A DNA stretch of 64,000 nucleotides from Phoronis australis (Eukaryota; Animalia; Phoronida). The stretch lies in assembly GCA_002633005.1 (NCBI GenBank), contig NMRA01000629.1:62001-126000 (forward strand), in the 5' to 3' direction. Below, piece by piece: positions 1 through 34,400 of the stretch; the stretch's first letter is position 1; every line of letters begins with the position of its first letter. A model generated the notes under the pieces. That model worked only from the letters and a program-made list of their open reading frames with translations. It was not told the DNA's origin and searched no databases. Made by a program: the position numbers and the translations under genes.

Positions 1-4
1 TGAC

Positions 5-19782
<19,778 letters not shown>

Positions 19783-21456
19783 GTTGGCTCTAGAAACTGC
19801 AATTGGAGAAGAAGGGCAAATCAAGGGCTAACACAAAGAAGTAAAAGGACTTGATTTCGTAACACTAGGCTTGAAAGAATTGATGAGCAATTATGTTAGC
19901 ATGGTCTCAAGCCTAAGAGTCAGTTCTTCCCTGCAGCAGAAATCAAGGTACTTCTTTATAACATAAGTCTGTTTAATTGACTGCCAAAGGTGGATTCTGC
20001 TGTCAATTTACTAAAACAAATACGCTAACTCACAGCATAGTCTTCAAATTTTCTAGTAGGCATTTCTCTATACTAGTAATTGTCTTGGAAGTTGTCCAAG
20101 GTGTTTTCAAAAATTTTGTGCATTTTTAGTTTTTATGCCTGAGAAGTAGCATTTTCCAGGGATTTCACATGACCAGCGGGACATATGGCAAACACCATTC
20201 ATGGCAAGGGTACAATGCATTGAAGTAGAGCTTACGCTCGGTCTTGGTATGGGGGGCACATCTCATAGGCCAGAATTCAAGTACATGTGCTCTGCACAAC
20301 TGCAACTGACACCTGTGTGAAGCAGCTTGCTTCACCCAACACTCTAGCTGGGACAGTAATACAGTACGAGCACAGTTCATAAAAAATTGTACTCACTGAC
20401 TTTGCATGCCAACTTCAAAAGTCCAGTGAGTGTGGGTAACACTCATGATTTACACCAGGTTGCAAAATTCTGAGCCAATCGGGGACTAGTTTAAGCCCAG
20501 AATACAGTAGGGGCATTTGAATTTCCGCTTCTGGATGAGACGTTCAGTCATTTAGCCTTTCTAAGTCGCTCGCTAATCCTCAATAGACAAATTGTTTGCA
20601 AGCTCCACTCTCATGTTGGTGACCCGCCTTCAGTATCAGCCATTGGCAAGTAGTTTTTTCTACACATGGGTTATTCTTTTCTTTTCTTTACAGTCAACAA
20701 TCATTATCAATCTCGAACCTATTTTTTTACCATGCACGATTAACTCTTTCTTGCAAACATTGTTCAAATGCATAAAAAACATTCTAACTTACAAAACAAA
20801 AATCTTGGGTAAATAATCTTAAAACCCACAATTAAAGGAGACGTGCCCTTTGACAGATCGGCAGCTTATGCCTTTAGTTGTTTAAAGCCATGCGGGCACC
20901 TTATATGGTACTCCAAAGTCCCACCCTCTTTATACTATGTGAAGTGGATAGCTCTTAATCTAATCGCACGGATTGCCACCCATGATCCTAATTCCAGAGA
21001 GAACCATGTTACACTTATGTACTCAGTCCATCTCGAGTGTTGTGACAGTGAATCGATCTCGAAACCAGGCAGAAGTGAGACAGGGTTGAAATAGGCTTAC
21101 ACAACTAGATCTAGGTATAAAATAGTCCTAACTCTGGTAACGTGTAACTGTTCATAGATCCAATAGTAATATTTGAACCCCAGGAGAGGTCTAAAGAAAC
21201 AAGTACAAAACAACCGTTCAACTCAGCTGTCCAGCAAAGCTGGAAGTCTTGGCATAGACATCAAACCGGAGACACTTTTGAAGAAAACACCAAGCAAGGA
21301 CATGTTTCACTCTGAAGTGTTACTTATCTGTTATGATGAAATAAACAGATTAAAACTACGCAAAAACTTACTAATCGCGAATATGATGTACTAACTCTAC
21401 CACTATTGATCGATGCAGAATTCTGCGTCCGCCATATGTAAACCTTTGATAACGAG

Positions 21457-21471
21457 GCTGCTATTGGCAAC
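21457..21471 (-). promoter_or_regulatory. Candidate RFX X-box upstream of the CFAP100 first coding exon
   Basis: GTTGCCAATAGCAGC on the minus strand fits GTTGCC-N(0-3)-RGCAAC with one mismatch; RFX control is typical for ciliary genes. Confidence 0.35.
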
Positions 21472-22440
21472 AAAAAACATACCAGTTTGTTCTTTATAGA
21501 AATGTACAGAAGTGCCAATTTTCTACACTTTTTCTTGTATATGGCTTCAATTTTTTTATAAACAGCCTTATACCACAGATATTTAAAATTTTACAATATT
21601 CAAAAACTGTGTGGTATTTTCATTCTCAAAAGATAGCGATGCACGACAAACAAATGAACAGCGGAAACAATCTCACACTCCGTGCAGCGCCATCTGCCAG
21701 TGTGCTGGCTAAGATATTCACTTCGCGCACTCAGTGAGTTCTAGTTGGATAAAAGCGTTTAGAAACCCACGCCTTCCATACAAAAAACAGGAATTTTTGC
21801 TGAAGCCACCCACAGTTATGAAATTGGTGGCAGATTTTTCAAGAAACCCAGGTTTCGAAAGAATTCAGCGCAAGTTCGCCTGCTCCCCAACTTCAAGACC
21901 GGGTGCCACTCCGGCGGCTGCCATCCAAGTAAAATTCACTGGCTAAAAGTCCAATATGTCAGCATTCAATTACGTGTGGGTAGGACAAGTTCTACAGTGA
22001 CGCAACCTCAACTACCACATCGGATTTCTCTTAGCAAACAAGCAAGCTAAAGCGGGAAAAAGTGCTCACGACTCAGCGGGCACGCCGGCAGGCATGGGCC
22101 TGAGTGCACTCACCCAATGAGATTCCTCAAAACTTCGTCGTCATGTTCAAAAAAACTTATGTTATTCGCACATTAAAAATTACCGGCAAAGTAATCAAAA
22201 TTGTTCCGAACGCTTAACGCTCTCCAAAGTACAAAAAAGTGAATGTTCTGATCGTGGACGTGAAGTCCTGGCTTTTCCACATCGATGTACACTTTGCATT
22301 TCCCCACCTTTGTTTGCAATGGTGATGTAGAAGGGACAGATGGGGTCCAGAAAATTGGGGAATGGTGTGCAAATGTGCTTTTTGGGGCGCCCAAAACACT
22401 TTTAGGAGCCTCGTGTTGTGCCGAAAATGATGGCGTTCTT

Positions 22441-23234
22441 CAGTGGCGGATCTAGGATATCACAAGGGGGGGCCAACATTTTGTCGGCTGTAAGCATTTG
22501 CGCAAACTGAACTACGATTGTAGATGCGCATAACTCCGAATGGAGGNNNNNNNNNNNNNNNNNNNNNNNNNNNNNNNNNNNNNNACTTGTTTATGGTCCA
22601 CAGCGTTTGCGCGCGAAACCTACTTCTTTTCGTAATGCTTATTACACGTTTTATATTTTGTGCCATGAATTCTTAACAAATTTGTCGTATTTAAAATAGT
22701 CTTCAAATGCCCAAAAGACCAAATCCGTTTTTCGTGTTGGCAATAATGACGGGATTGCTTTGGAAATCGTCTTAAGTTAAGGTTTGACAAAGAGTGTATT
22801 GCGAGTTTCTGAGTGATTCACTAAGGCTTCGATTAAAATCCACATTTTACCAGTAGCTTGTGTTTTTTCATCTTCACTCAGGTTCCATTCTCTTTAAAAA
22901 TTGAAGTAAATTTTCTTCATTGCACAGGAGTCGTAGTGCGCATCGCCACTGCCGGTCGCCTGGGATATCACGGGAGAGCCTATACTTAGCCATAGTTCCG
23001 TTACGAATGCGCCGTGTTCCGAATTTGACACTTGAAATTTGGGTTTGAGCCCAACTCCCCCCCCCCTCCTAAACACTAAAGCTGCACACACTTAAAACTT
23101 TTTCATCCGTATAATTTTAATTACCGGGGTTAATTAATTAACTCACCATTTCCCTGCGCTTTTATTGTTTCATTTTTTTGCGGCAGCCAAGGGGGGGGGG
23201 GCGGGCCCCCTGCCCCCCACTAAATCCGCCTATG
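22441..23234. mobile_element. Non-autonomous TIR element with GGCGGAT(C/T)TAG termini, spanning an N-gap
   Basis: CAGTGGCGGATCTAGG ... CTAAATCCGCCTATG, with a G-run/C-run subterminal hairpin. Confidence 0.45.
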
Positions 23235-24890
23235 TTCTTACAAAAAACGTAAAATGCTGCAGCAGTGCATTCCTCCACTTGGCCCGCTAGCTAATGGATG
23301 CCACACTGTCATCGTTTCTTCCAGCCCGTGTGAGACGCTCTGAATAAATTACAATGCTGTTTCCAATATTTTGTTTAAAGATAGTTTGAATGTTGTGAAA
23401 GAAGGATGGTTCGATCGTGGAATGTAAAAACAGTGAATGATGTACATGTAAATTCCGCAGTTGATGTTAATGGTACCTTTTTTGACGTGGGATGTTTTTG
23501 ATCATTAAACAGGACGAAGTCAAAGACATTTCAAATTTCAAAACATTGGATTTATGTTACGGCGTTTGAAATGACTGTCGCTTATGTATATTGAAATTGC
23601 AATTCAGAACAATGTTAAATTTGATTTCATCATAAAAAATACCTGAAAAGAAAGTTTAAGCAAATGTTGGCGTTGAATGATTAAAGATATATAACGTTCT
23701 ACATCGGCGAGTCAATTGTGCCAAATTCAAAGTAAGACAAACTAAGAATCAAGCCACTTAGTAATTCAATAGAACCTATGAACTCTATTTTTATTTCAAT
23801 CTAAACCATAAAACCGGAACACAACTCAAATTAAACTAAATCAAACAATTGATTTCGCCATTTAAAAAAATGTTCCACGAAAGTATACATAATAACCACA
23901 GTACCACAGGTAGGGCTCAATATGTCTTAAAGGGCAATTTAGTTAGCAGGAGATATTTTTGCAAGCCGAAACGGTCCTACCGTCTAACTGTCACTATTTC
24001 TCTATTTGTACTTTGAAAATCACTTTGTTAATTATTACTGTTCAAACATTCCTGTGTTCGTTAAAACATACACGGAAATGTTTGGACAGTAATTAAAATT
24101 ATGGACGTAGACGAACACGGAAATAATTTTAAAGTGATTGATGTGCACTGAGTTTGGCGTACCGGTAGGGCAATCGATAAATACACAAGCACTTGTTAGT
24201 ACATAATTTACTTTTTGCTGCTATGAAAATTTGGCTGATATAACAGCCTCAGAAAAGTGCTGTGCCCGACGAGACCATCATTGTCTCTCGACAGCCCTGG
24301 CCCTATTATTTAGTTCTATACTGCATGGGCGTTTTTGCAGATATGTCACGACTTTCAGGTCCATTTATCTAACCTTTGTTCACTGGTTTTTGCTGTCGGT
24401 GTAACACAAAATCTAGCATGCCAGTACTTACGCTACACATCGAGAATGTGCGGCTGGGTGAGTGTAGGAGACTTCGCTAAGGGCCGGCTACCCAGATGTC
24501 AAAGCGTGTGAGTCACCGCCGATGCAACGCTCAACGTGTGTTTTTGTTACCTGGAAGATTTTATGACCCATGCTGCTCTTCATGTCAAGGTATAAGGTAG
24601 AGTGCTGAGCGTNCCCCCCCCCCCCCCCCCGGCCATGAGTGCCGTTTCCGTAATCTATTATATTATAACTACATGTACTTACTCTTAAGGGTCTGTCCTA
24701 CAATCTGTCCTTGGACACATTTGTGAGTGTTATCTCCAATCGCGCGTTGTGTTTCAGATTCCCTAAATCAATAACCGTCACGATTTAACCTAATTTAAGC
24801 GCATGCAATAGCTAACACCATTTTGCTGAAATTACACATGTACCTCTCGGATTCAGTGAAATAAACCCGTGGTGTGATTTGGGGACAATC

Positions 24891-24897
<7 letters not shown>

Positions 24898-24922
<25 letters not shown>

Positions 24923-24929
24923 TTGTGTT

Positions 24930-25025
<96 letters not shown>
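24898..25025. repeat. (TG)n microsatellite
   Basis: ~128 bp of nearly pure TG repeats. Confidence 0.97.
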
Positions 25026-25026
<1 letters not shown>

Positions 25027-28000
25027 ATCAAATTCCGACCTATTGTTAAAAATTTTGTTTTAGATGATTTTTTCTACAAAATGTTGTGTTTGAATTGATC
25101 AGGTCAAGATGGGGTTGAGGTAGATGCCAATTCGACATTGTCAAACTGTTGCCCCGCTAGCCCCACGGCGGTGGGAAAGCCCCGGATGACAGTCATCTGA
25201 GTGGCCTCGTTTCAACAACAATCCAATCAGTCCTAAGGGCCACAGCAGACGAATAGATTGACACTGGGCTGAACTACATGTATAGCTATATGTTGACAGC
25301 CCGCGCAAACTGAAGGTGTCGAAATATGACTTGGGTGAACTAGGATAGACGCTGGTCAGCTCTTCTACATGTACGATTCATTTGAGGTTGGCAACTCAGT
25401 TCGTGAGTTCGTTTGCACTGACCCTAACGTGAATATTCATTTTATTGTGGCCCAGTTTCAGGGGCAGTACATTTTATCCGGTTAATGTTTTGAAAAAAAA
25501 AAACTTTTTAAAGGGGTGTACAACGTCTTTGGGACTGCTTAAACACGAATAGCCAAGTTTCTGGTAGCTGGGTATAGGACAAATAATACAGGGTTTTAGC
25601 AAAATATACCTAAACTCCCGAACAGCGCTGGAAATTCAAATTCAGTCCCCATGAATCAGATTCTGCTCCCTTGCCTACACTGTGGTTAAAAACTCGTTTC
25701 AAAATGGGTGTGTGAGTATCACGTGCTTTGTGTGTACAAGAATGGCAAATAAACGACTCAGAGATTTGACTCGGTCTGGCTGCTTGGCTGGGGATAGGTA
25801 CCTCGCAAAGGCTACTTTTGGTGTAGTAATGTCTGTATACGATATTCTCGTGACATGCAGGTTTAGAGAAGGAAATGAACTATACAATATACAATACTAC
25901 TGGAAACTAAAAGCATCTTGGTAGTTCAAAGACAATAATTATTGTTCCCTAGTTCATGAGTTTGATTTGGAGACTTGAATCTTTTTTGAATTCCTGCTTG
26001 TGAATTTAAACAAATAATCACGTTCCTACGCCAATAAACAAGGCACTTACACTGCATTGTGACATGAATTGTGAGCACAATTTAGGGACATGCATGTGCT
26101 GTAGAACTGCCGATTTTCATCAATATTTTTGAGAGATATTTTATATTGGCAAAAATCATCTAGTGTACAATGCTGGATGGATTTGGGGAGCCCAATTTCT
26201 ACCTGCAACTGAGTTCACCTTTTCAACAAATTGTACCACTGCACTTAGCTTTTGACGAATTAACACTGAACTCTCGAGACCGTCACTTTAACTTAGACAA
26301 TTATTTTCCCAAAGATCAATAACTTAAAGCTTTGCCGTTCATATTCGTTACCTTTGACAAATCGAAAAGGTTGTCCAGTTTAGTTTCTAATTGTCAAAAA
26401 TTATTTGTGAAAGCATTTGATTTTCGTAGATATACAAACAAGTAAATAAGGGACCAAGAATTCGTAATGTCAATAAAAATATATTTTAAGCAATTTCCGA
26501 AGACATGCTCGCAGATTCTGACGTGCAACCGGAGGAACATGGAGACCCAGGTTCAGGGGGAGCTCTCTTCGTACCTGCATTACATTGTATTTCAGTTCCT
26601 TATAGAGCAAGCTATAAAACGCTAAAATATTTCTTACGATAGCCAGTACATGCACAGAGCTTTGGGTACGTTAATCCATTAGACACGTTCTCTGTACACG
26701 TTTAACTATATCATGCCTCCGGCAGTCTGCTCGATATGTGCGAGTTTCTTACAATCGGCAATAGTCTGATATAACGTGCCCTATTTTGAGAACCAGGTTG
26801 ATGTCCGTAACTCAATGGAAAAAATGGTTCTCAGAATTCGTGCACTATATATGCGACCAATACACTTACAAACTAGTTTTTAGTAATGATATTCTACTGT
26901 TATAGTATGTGAAAAAGTATCGATATGTTATGCTTATAAAACCATCGTAAAAATCTCTTTGTGTCAAACTAGATAGTGGTCTTCAAGTTCATCAAACTTC
27001 TGTCTGTTCGCCGTCGGTATCTTATTGTAATTTTCAATATCGTGTTTGGGTGCTTGGGCCGAATGTCTTGATGTTGCAGACATTTTCGCGAACTTGTTTA
27101 CTTTGGTGTTTTTCGTATCTTCTTCCTGTCGGAAATAACGGAGAGTGTCGGATTTAGAGAGGACAATGGGCTAATAGACGCAGGCCGCCAGGGTCTGAGA
27201 GAGGTCCCCGTGACACGAAAGCCTACAGTGTAAACATCGTCAAAAATGATGCGGTGATTATTCTTTCACCGTGTTACCGCACAAGAAGTGGTCTTCCTTA
27301 GCATAAAGACTGCATGCGCATTTTACAAAAACAATGAAACAAAAGCAATCGATTTCATTTGTGGCTATCCATAGTGGAGAGTACACCCTTAATCGATAAA
27401 AGCACAAAACGGGCTGCCACATGAATATCATCAATGGACCCACTCTATGAGAAGGGAACCTACATGTGAAAGGAACTATATTTTCCATAAACAGGAGATG
27501 AAAAGCAATAGATGCTACCTGTCAGGTTCTCAATATTTATCAAGTGGTATTTATTTTTAATGAACAAATAGAAAAAACAAAGGTACAGAGGACTCAAAAA
27601 TTCCTTACCATACTGGGTCACCTTGAAAAATACAGTTTTTCATTGAATTGAATTGAGTTTAAAAACCCAGTGATTTAAGTATTTTCTGCAAAAGAACGTT
27701 TTTCAAATGTTCTCTACTTTTTCGGATTATATGCATAGGTGGTTTAAATGCACGTTTTAAAGTGCGTTGAGGCAATATATACTGAAAACGTAGGAGCCCT
27801 AACATTCATTGGGAAAATCAGACACTGGTAGTTGACAACTATTCTCTTAAATTTTCTCTCTATTCTCCATGTTTCACTAACCTGCGTCCACACCTATTTG
27901 GCATGGTTTAACCCTGAAACCTTCAAGTTTTGGAGGGTACGGTCGCCCCTACCACCCCGCCTCTATATGGCCCTGATTAATCGGTGTACTCCAACAACGG

Positions 28001-28411
28001 TTGTACCCACTGTATGCTCCGGGGGAGATGAAAAGAATTAAGATTGACCGGTTCCATGGTAATAATTGCCGAAATACGTACATGTAATGATTTACAGCGT
28101 TACGTAAATGTTCTAATTATTATTCATTTATTTTTGACATTTTGCATTTTATTTGAATGTGCCGATTATTGCTATTTAAATTTTGACGTTTTACATTATT
28201 TGAATGTGCCCAAAGCGTCAAACTGACGTCATACTGAACAAGCAAATAGCCACGAGGTAATGAATCTAACAATCACTGTGCAGGGCAGACATTATAGTAC
28301 TGTATGTAGCATTTTGCTTTGGCACCAAAGCAACCACGGGAACACTAGTGAAACATCTCTTTTGGATATGGTTGACTGGTGGCCTTTACAAATATCTTTT
28401 GGTGCGTCTGT

Positions 28412-28446
28412 TCACACTGATCTCGAACAGTCTGGTCCAGACCTCC
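28412..28446 (-). CDS. Delta-like gene probable terminal coding exon (GRSGPDCSRSV*)
   Basis: TCTTTATTCTGCAG acceptor, phase 1; supplies the G-x-x-G-x-x-C that completes the DSL domain, then TGA. Confidence 0.65.
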
Positions 28447-31400
28447 CTGCAGAATAAAGATACAATAGAATTAAAAAAATATAGCAAGTCTTCCAGAGGA
28501 CCGTTTCACGGCAAAGTCTCTGAAATATACCTAGAATTTCTAATTGTTCACTTAGCTTGTTTAAATGTGGCAAGAATGTTATTCACCAATTATTTGACTT
28601 TCCGACCAAAGACTTCAGGTCACTCTTCAGCACACAGATCTTTAGACTCCAGCAAAATGAAGCGATTTCTTTTTATCGCAAACAAGTCTGACAACCTGTT
28701 CGACAGGCCGTTGTTAAAGAGGTCGATTCACAGCCATTTAGTTGTAGTTAATATGTATACACACGTGCTGATTGTTAATAAAGTTTGCTTATAAACCACA
28801 TTTCTTTTTATTTCATCCCCCATACTCTTCTATTATTCGTTTAAAACACGCTCCCACTTCCCCACAAAATTTTGAGAACAGAAAATTTTGAACTTCGGCT
28901 ATCTTCGGAGTCACGTCACGTCCGGAACCGGACCCGATTACTGCAAAGTCTGTTCATATATTTGTACTGGAACTATCTGGCACAAATGGAAGTTTTCTGA
29001 AAGACCATTTTGTCAACATTTACAGTACATCTGCAGTTAACATGGAAATCATCAAAAGTCCTGATGAAGTCTTACAAAATAATTTCAATGACATGAAAGT
29101 CTTTTTGCCCGCTTTATACGAACCAGAAGACGACATGTGATAGCAATTTGAATGACCCACTTCACTAACGTTTGGCTAAACCTGTAGTTTATGTCCATTT
29201 ATCTTGATATGGAACGGACTGATAGGTTTTATGTGGTTATGAAACGCCTTTACAGTTTGTGTTTAGGGTCGTGAGTATCACCCCTTATGACAATACGAGT
29301 GCCCGACAAGATTTTTCACGTCAGAGTTGGTTGTTTGTTCCGAAATAACAAATAAATTATACAAGAGCATTGCATAATAACTTTCCACTCAAGAGTTCGA
29401 CAGTACATGTACGTCTATACAGGAAAAGATGATCTACAGGGTAGGGGTGTAAGGCAGTTTTCTGACAAAAACCTGCCTTCACAGTTCCGAAAGTATTCCC
29501 GTACTTTGACTTTTTCCCGAGGAGTTACTTTTTGTTGCTTGAAACTGCGTGGCTTACGTAGGTCTCTTTTCCGACAACATCAACAGCAGATGGTATTTTA
29601 ATAGTAAACTTTGGTTTTAAAAGATGACATAGCATCACATCTGCGTTATTCAGCAGTTCCAGAATGTGTACAGAGGATGTAGATGGTTTATTGAGTAGCA
29701 TCTATAAGAAAGTGCAGAGCTGAACAAAAGACTTCGAAATCAAGTTATTCATAGAAGCTTCCACAAATGAAGCAACTCTCGGACTAATAATAGGCTAGAC
29801 CTACATGTTATACGTCATGTAAATGTAGGCCTTATTCCCTCAAAACCCAGTCGAGTGCTTTGGACGAATTTTAGAGCAACGTTTGTAGGTATAGATTTGA
29901 TGGACACGACCGAAGAACCGAACGATGGTATTAGTAAGCGTAATCTTGCCGACAGTCAAGTACTGTACAATGTAGCAGTCCTCGCATGCTTGTCGACTAT
30001 CAACACAAAACCCAAGATATGCAAATGCGGCTTTACCGTATGACTTGTCATGATCTATAGAAACCGATTACTTGTCATTTAGTGTGCGTAATAAATACAT
30101 TTATACCACATTATTAGCCTCGAATGGCGGATACAACCGTATAATGACCCATAATATTATCTCACTAGGGAAACCGAGGCCGGTTTTGAACCCGGGCCTC
30201 AATTAAGAGCTTCGAGTCGCCGACTTTACCAATACACCACTCAGCGGCTGACGTCATCGAACGTGAAAATAGAATACTTAAATGAGCACGCCCAACAATC
30301 GCATGTTCAGTAAAGGGCCTTGCACCCCCCTTTGTACGCTATGAAAAATACGACGCATAATTTCCATAGAAACGATATTTTAATCCAGTGCAATTTTTCT
30401 CGCGTTCTCTCACTTGTAAATCACGATCTCCAATTTGAATGCGGTATCATGTCGTCGGGATCATTTAACTTGAGCATTATAGCCAGTTACTAGTGGTAAC
30501 CTAATTTAGCAGACGATATTTTCCCGGTCGAAGCTTAGTGTGATAAAATGTTTAGTACACTGTAAGCTATAATAGTTGCTAAACCTTAGTTTATAGATTC
30601 ACCTTTTTTCTATTTTATTTTTCAATTGGTTTTGAGTAAAAACATTATTTGACAACAATAGCTCGGCTTTTCTTAAAAGGTCACGACCTTAGACCCCGAG
30701 CCTCTGACATAGAAAGTACATGTAGTTACAAAGCCGACTGAAGCGAGTCGAGTAAGGTAGATCGATTCAGATCGTTCAGTATGTGGTATGTGGGGCTAAC
30801 TCCCCTCGGGCAATAATTCTCCAAAATCCACTCGAGCTCTAGATAACGGGGGATAACGACTTCGCCACGTAATAATATATGTACAAGCGAGCAGGACATG
30901 AACACGTAGATGTACATACATGGGCGGCGCAGCACTGAAAAAAGTGGGGGGCTAAAGCCCCCTCATCCCCCTGTAGTGCACCGCGTATTGACCACGTGCA
31001 GCGTAGCACAGAAAAAAGTTTGGGACTATAGCCCCCAGGTTCATACCGTGCGCTGCCCGTGACATACGGGTGTCCCGTTAAGCACCCGGGGGTGACCCAT
31101 TAGTTTCAGAGTGCACCAGTATTGCTGTTCAATTTCTCGTTGTACTATGCCTCACTTCTCCCATAGCTCATCCTGGGAAGACACACATTATTAAAGAGCT
31201 TAGAATAACGCCAATATGATTCACACACGAATCTGGAACGGATGCTGTCCTTACAGATGTCAGATCAACAGTGCGGCAAACACTTCTGCACTTGAGTTGT
31301 AATTTGATCGTCAAGTGGAAACTCACTTTATTTAACGCGGTATTGAGATGAAGTCTAATTTTGCGCTGAATTTGTGCCCTGCTGTTAGGTGGAGTCAGTT

Positions 31401-34400
31401 TTGTATACATACATGAACCAGCGTCCGTCATTTCACAGTTTGCACATGCGTTTACATAGCTAAACGAATAGTTAGACAAAGTTAGTTACAATCGTTTAGT
31501 TTGACTGCAAATTTATACAAAAAGCGTGTCAGTAAAATGTGTTACATTATGCTGATACGTTTATGTATTACTTTATTACTAAAATATTTGAACTGTCATC
31601 GTTTACACTTTAGCCACAGACCCATATATAAACTTGTGTATCAGCAAATTGTTTTACCAAATGGTGATTAACGAAGACTTCTTATTTTTACAGAATTTCT
31701 GCGTACTGATCGTGTAGAGTACAAAAAGAAACTTCCAAAGTATACCTGGTACGCAAATTTTCCGTCCAGTTGATCGATCGCAAGTGTAACGATCGGTATG
31801 TGAAACACAGTAGACGTTGCACTCCAGTCCATGCCAGTTAGGATCGCAGTACACGACGTAGGACAACTTCAACCTGCACAAAAATGGTGTACAGAAGGAT
31901 CACCAATATCGCTACGAATTCTGGATGCTGATTAAAGTGACGGAGAGTACAACCGATGCAAGCATTCCGGACCCTTTTTAAGGATAAGGAGTCGACGATT
32001 GTCCAGTCTGTGACAATATACAGTACAACGAATGCATTGCCTGCCATTGAAACAACAAATGTAGACATGAGACTCGTATTAATTTCCACGCTTTGATTTT
32101 AATCACAAAAAGCTAAGACTTGCAATGATATTGCTGATACCTGGAAATTGACAAACTTGGCTGATGCAACCAAATGTCCGCCGATGAGAAATGTATCGTT
32201 TGTCGTTTGTTAGTATGGCTGACATATTGACACCATCGCCCATCCAATGCTTCTGCTATCTCCTAAACTAGAGTTGATTTCGCGATGGTGTTAATGAGCC
32301 TAGCTTCAGCAATCAGTAAAAGAATGCTATACACGTACATGTAGACATTCACTTACACAGTTCGGCTTCTGAGGGTAATTTCGGTCTCGCTGGACCGGTC
32401 CTGTGGTTCTGCCGGAAATGGAATACGTTCCTCGAATATAGTGTCCCTGACCGTATCCACGTCGTCATCGTTAGAGATGGCGTCTTCGTCTTGTATGACC
32501 ACCTGAATCTGAACAGCTCCCTGCAAAAGTGATTCGATGATTCCTTAAAAAACGGCTATAAACCCGCATACATGTAAAGGCGATATTAAACTGGCCCTCA
32601 AAACCTTAGAGGTCCATTATAGCTTTCTCAAATTTGGCTATTTTAGTTCTCTTTAGTAAGTTTATTGGCTTTATCTTTGATTGAAATGGTGACTACATAA
32701 ATAAACTTGATTTTATTTTTCACATAGTAATGCATTTAAGCGATTTGCTGAGGAACATTGTTCCGTCTTGAGTTAATCTATAACTGAGAAGTAGCAATAA
32801 CAAAGATTCGGCTATAAGCTTGGTTTAACGAACCACAGTATTGCTTTGAGATAAACAAGTTACATGTACGTAGCCGCTTTACTGCCTTGCACTGGTGTTT
32901 TCTACCCTGTTAGTTTACGGTTATCGTTCTTGTTATGCAGATGTTGACAACTAGCAAAAATGGCGGACTGATGACAAACCGACAACCGACGTAATGCTCG
33001 ACTTGCAGCGTGACTCAGAGGAGCAAAACTGCAAGTTGATGAGTCTGTTGTTTTTTTGTTTTTTTTAAATGGCTGACCATTCGTCAAATATCAGCCTATC
33101 ATGATTAAACAGTAATTCACGTCAGCCACTTTCTACTTGAACAAGCAATAGTAGACACCAGTTTTTAGTTAGCAAAAATGTAGAATAGATAATGCCAAAT
33201 TAGTTTCGAGTTCGCCGGATTTAGAATCCGATTAGACCCAGATACAGGTTCGTCGAGTACGTTTCAAGGAATAAGTAAACCATCAGACTTCAGTCTGGCA
33301 AACGCACGTGGCCGAGTGATGACGAGACAAGGTGCTAGCGTTCACGTTGGAAAACATTGGAGGACCGGACCTAAAGATTAACGTTTCCTCCGCTTACGGG
33401 AAACTGCGAGCAAGTTTATTCTCCCGAAGTTCTTTTCGTAACAGATAAAATGTCACGTCAATTGGAAGTTTTTAATCTACGACCATTTTACATTCAAAAT
33501 TTGAAATATTGAGTTAATGACGTGCCCCAAACAATCTTCCGCAGGTTGTTGCAGAATATATGATATCATCAGCACCACCAAACATCTGTTGTGGTCAGCT
33601 GTTGTGTCCATTCATTGTGTTTAGCAAGTTACTATTCTACAACTGATCTACTGTGCTGTGTCGTACAACGGCTGCGACAGCTTGAAAAGATGCTCCGTCT
33701 GCAACTCTTACAGCGTAGACAAGACATCGCCAAAACGCAGGAATATGTAAGACGTACTCGCTAAATATCGCCTTGTATTACAACAAAATCACATGATCAC
33801 GTCAACCTAGTTGCAAGATTGTTGCGTCTACGTAACTCGACCTAGGCAATTTGGAGTTTCGGTTTTGACAACTTACACTCCACTCATCGAATGAAAACGT
33901 CATGGGGTTTGCAACGCCGCCTACTGTGCTACCAAAGACGTTATTATCCTGATTCGGAATTTTGCCAGTTTTTACTCGGCCTACATTGCACCTTCCTTCG
34001 TCACTGAAAAACAATTATGACAAGCCAAATTAATTAATGAAGTGATATTCAGTCGTGTGAATTACACGTACTCCACGCACCCTTCAATTTTACGATTAAA
34101 TGAAGTGGACTCCTTGTAAAGGAGTCGAGGCCTTTTCACGTTAAAATGGGTGTCCGGAGAGTGCAATCACTTTTACGACATGTACGCATTTGCTTACTCT
34201 TCTTTAATTGACATGCTGACAGCTAATTGCAGTATTCCTTTTAGTGACAGAAACCCAGTGGTACATGTACATGTACATTGTACATGATAAATCACGGCAT
34301 AGTCTGGTTTGTTCAGAGCTTAGTCAACCGATTTCTTGATGCCCATGTTTTGCCTAGAAAATAATCCCTTCCAATAATGTTTTTCTGAGGCATCACAGGT

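Noticed and set aside
24795-25098. HT-repeat and CV-repeat ORFs
   Set aside because: Translations of the (TG)n microsatellite.
29845-30054. Phase-1 open frame on the minus strand as the exon following the DSL exon
   Set aside because: Lacks the G-x-x-G-x-x-C needed to complete the DSL domain and has no EGF or TM pattern; the 28446 exon fits better.
30173-30245. Functional tRNA-Ser(CGA)
   Set aside because: Acceptor, anticodon and T stems have mismatches or a deletion; treated as a relic.
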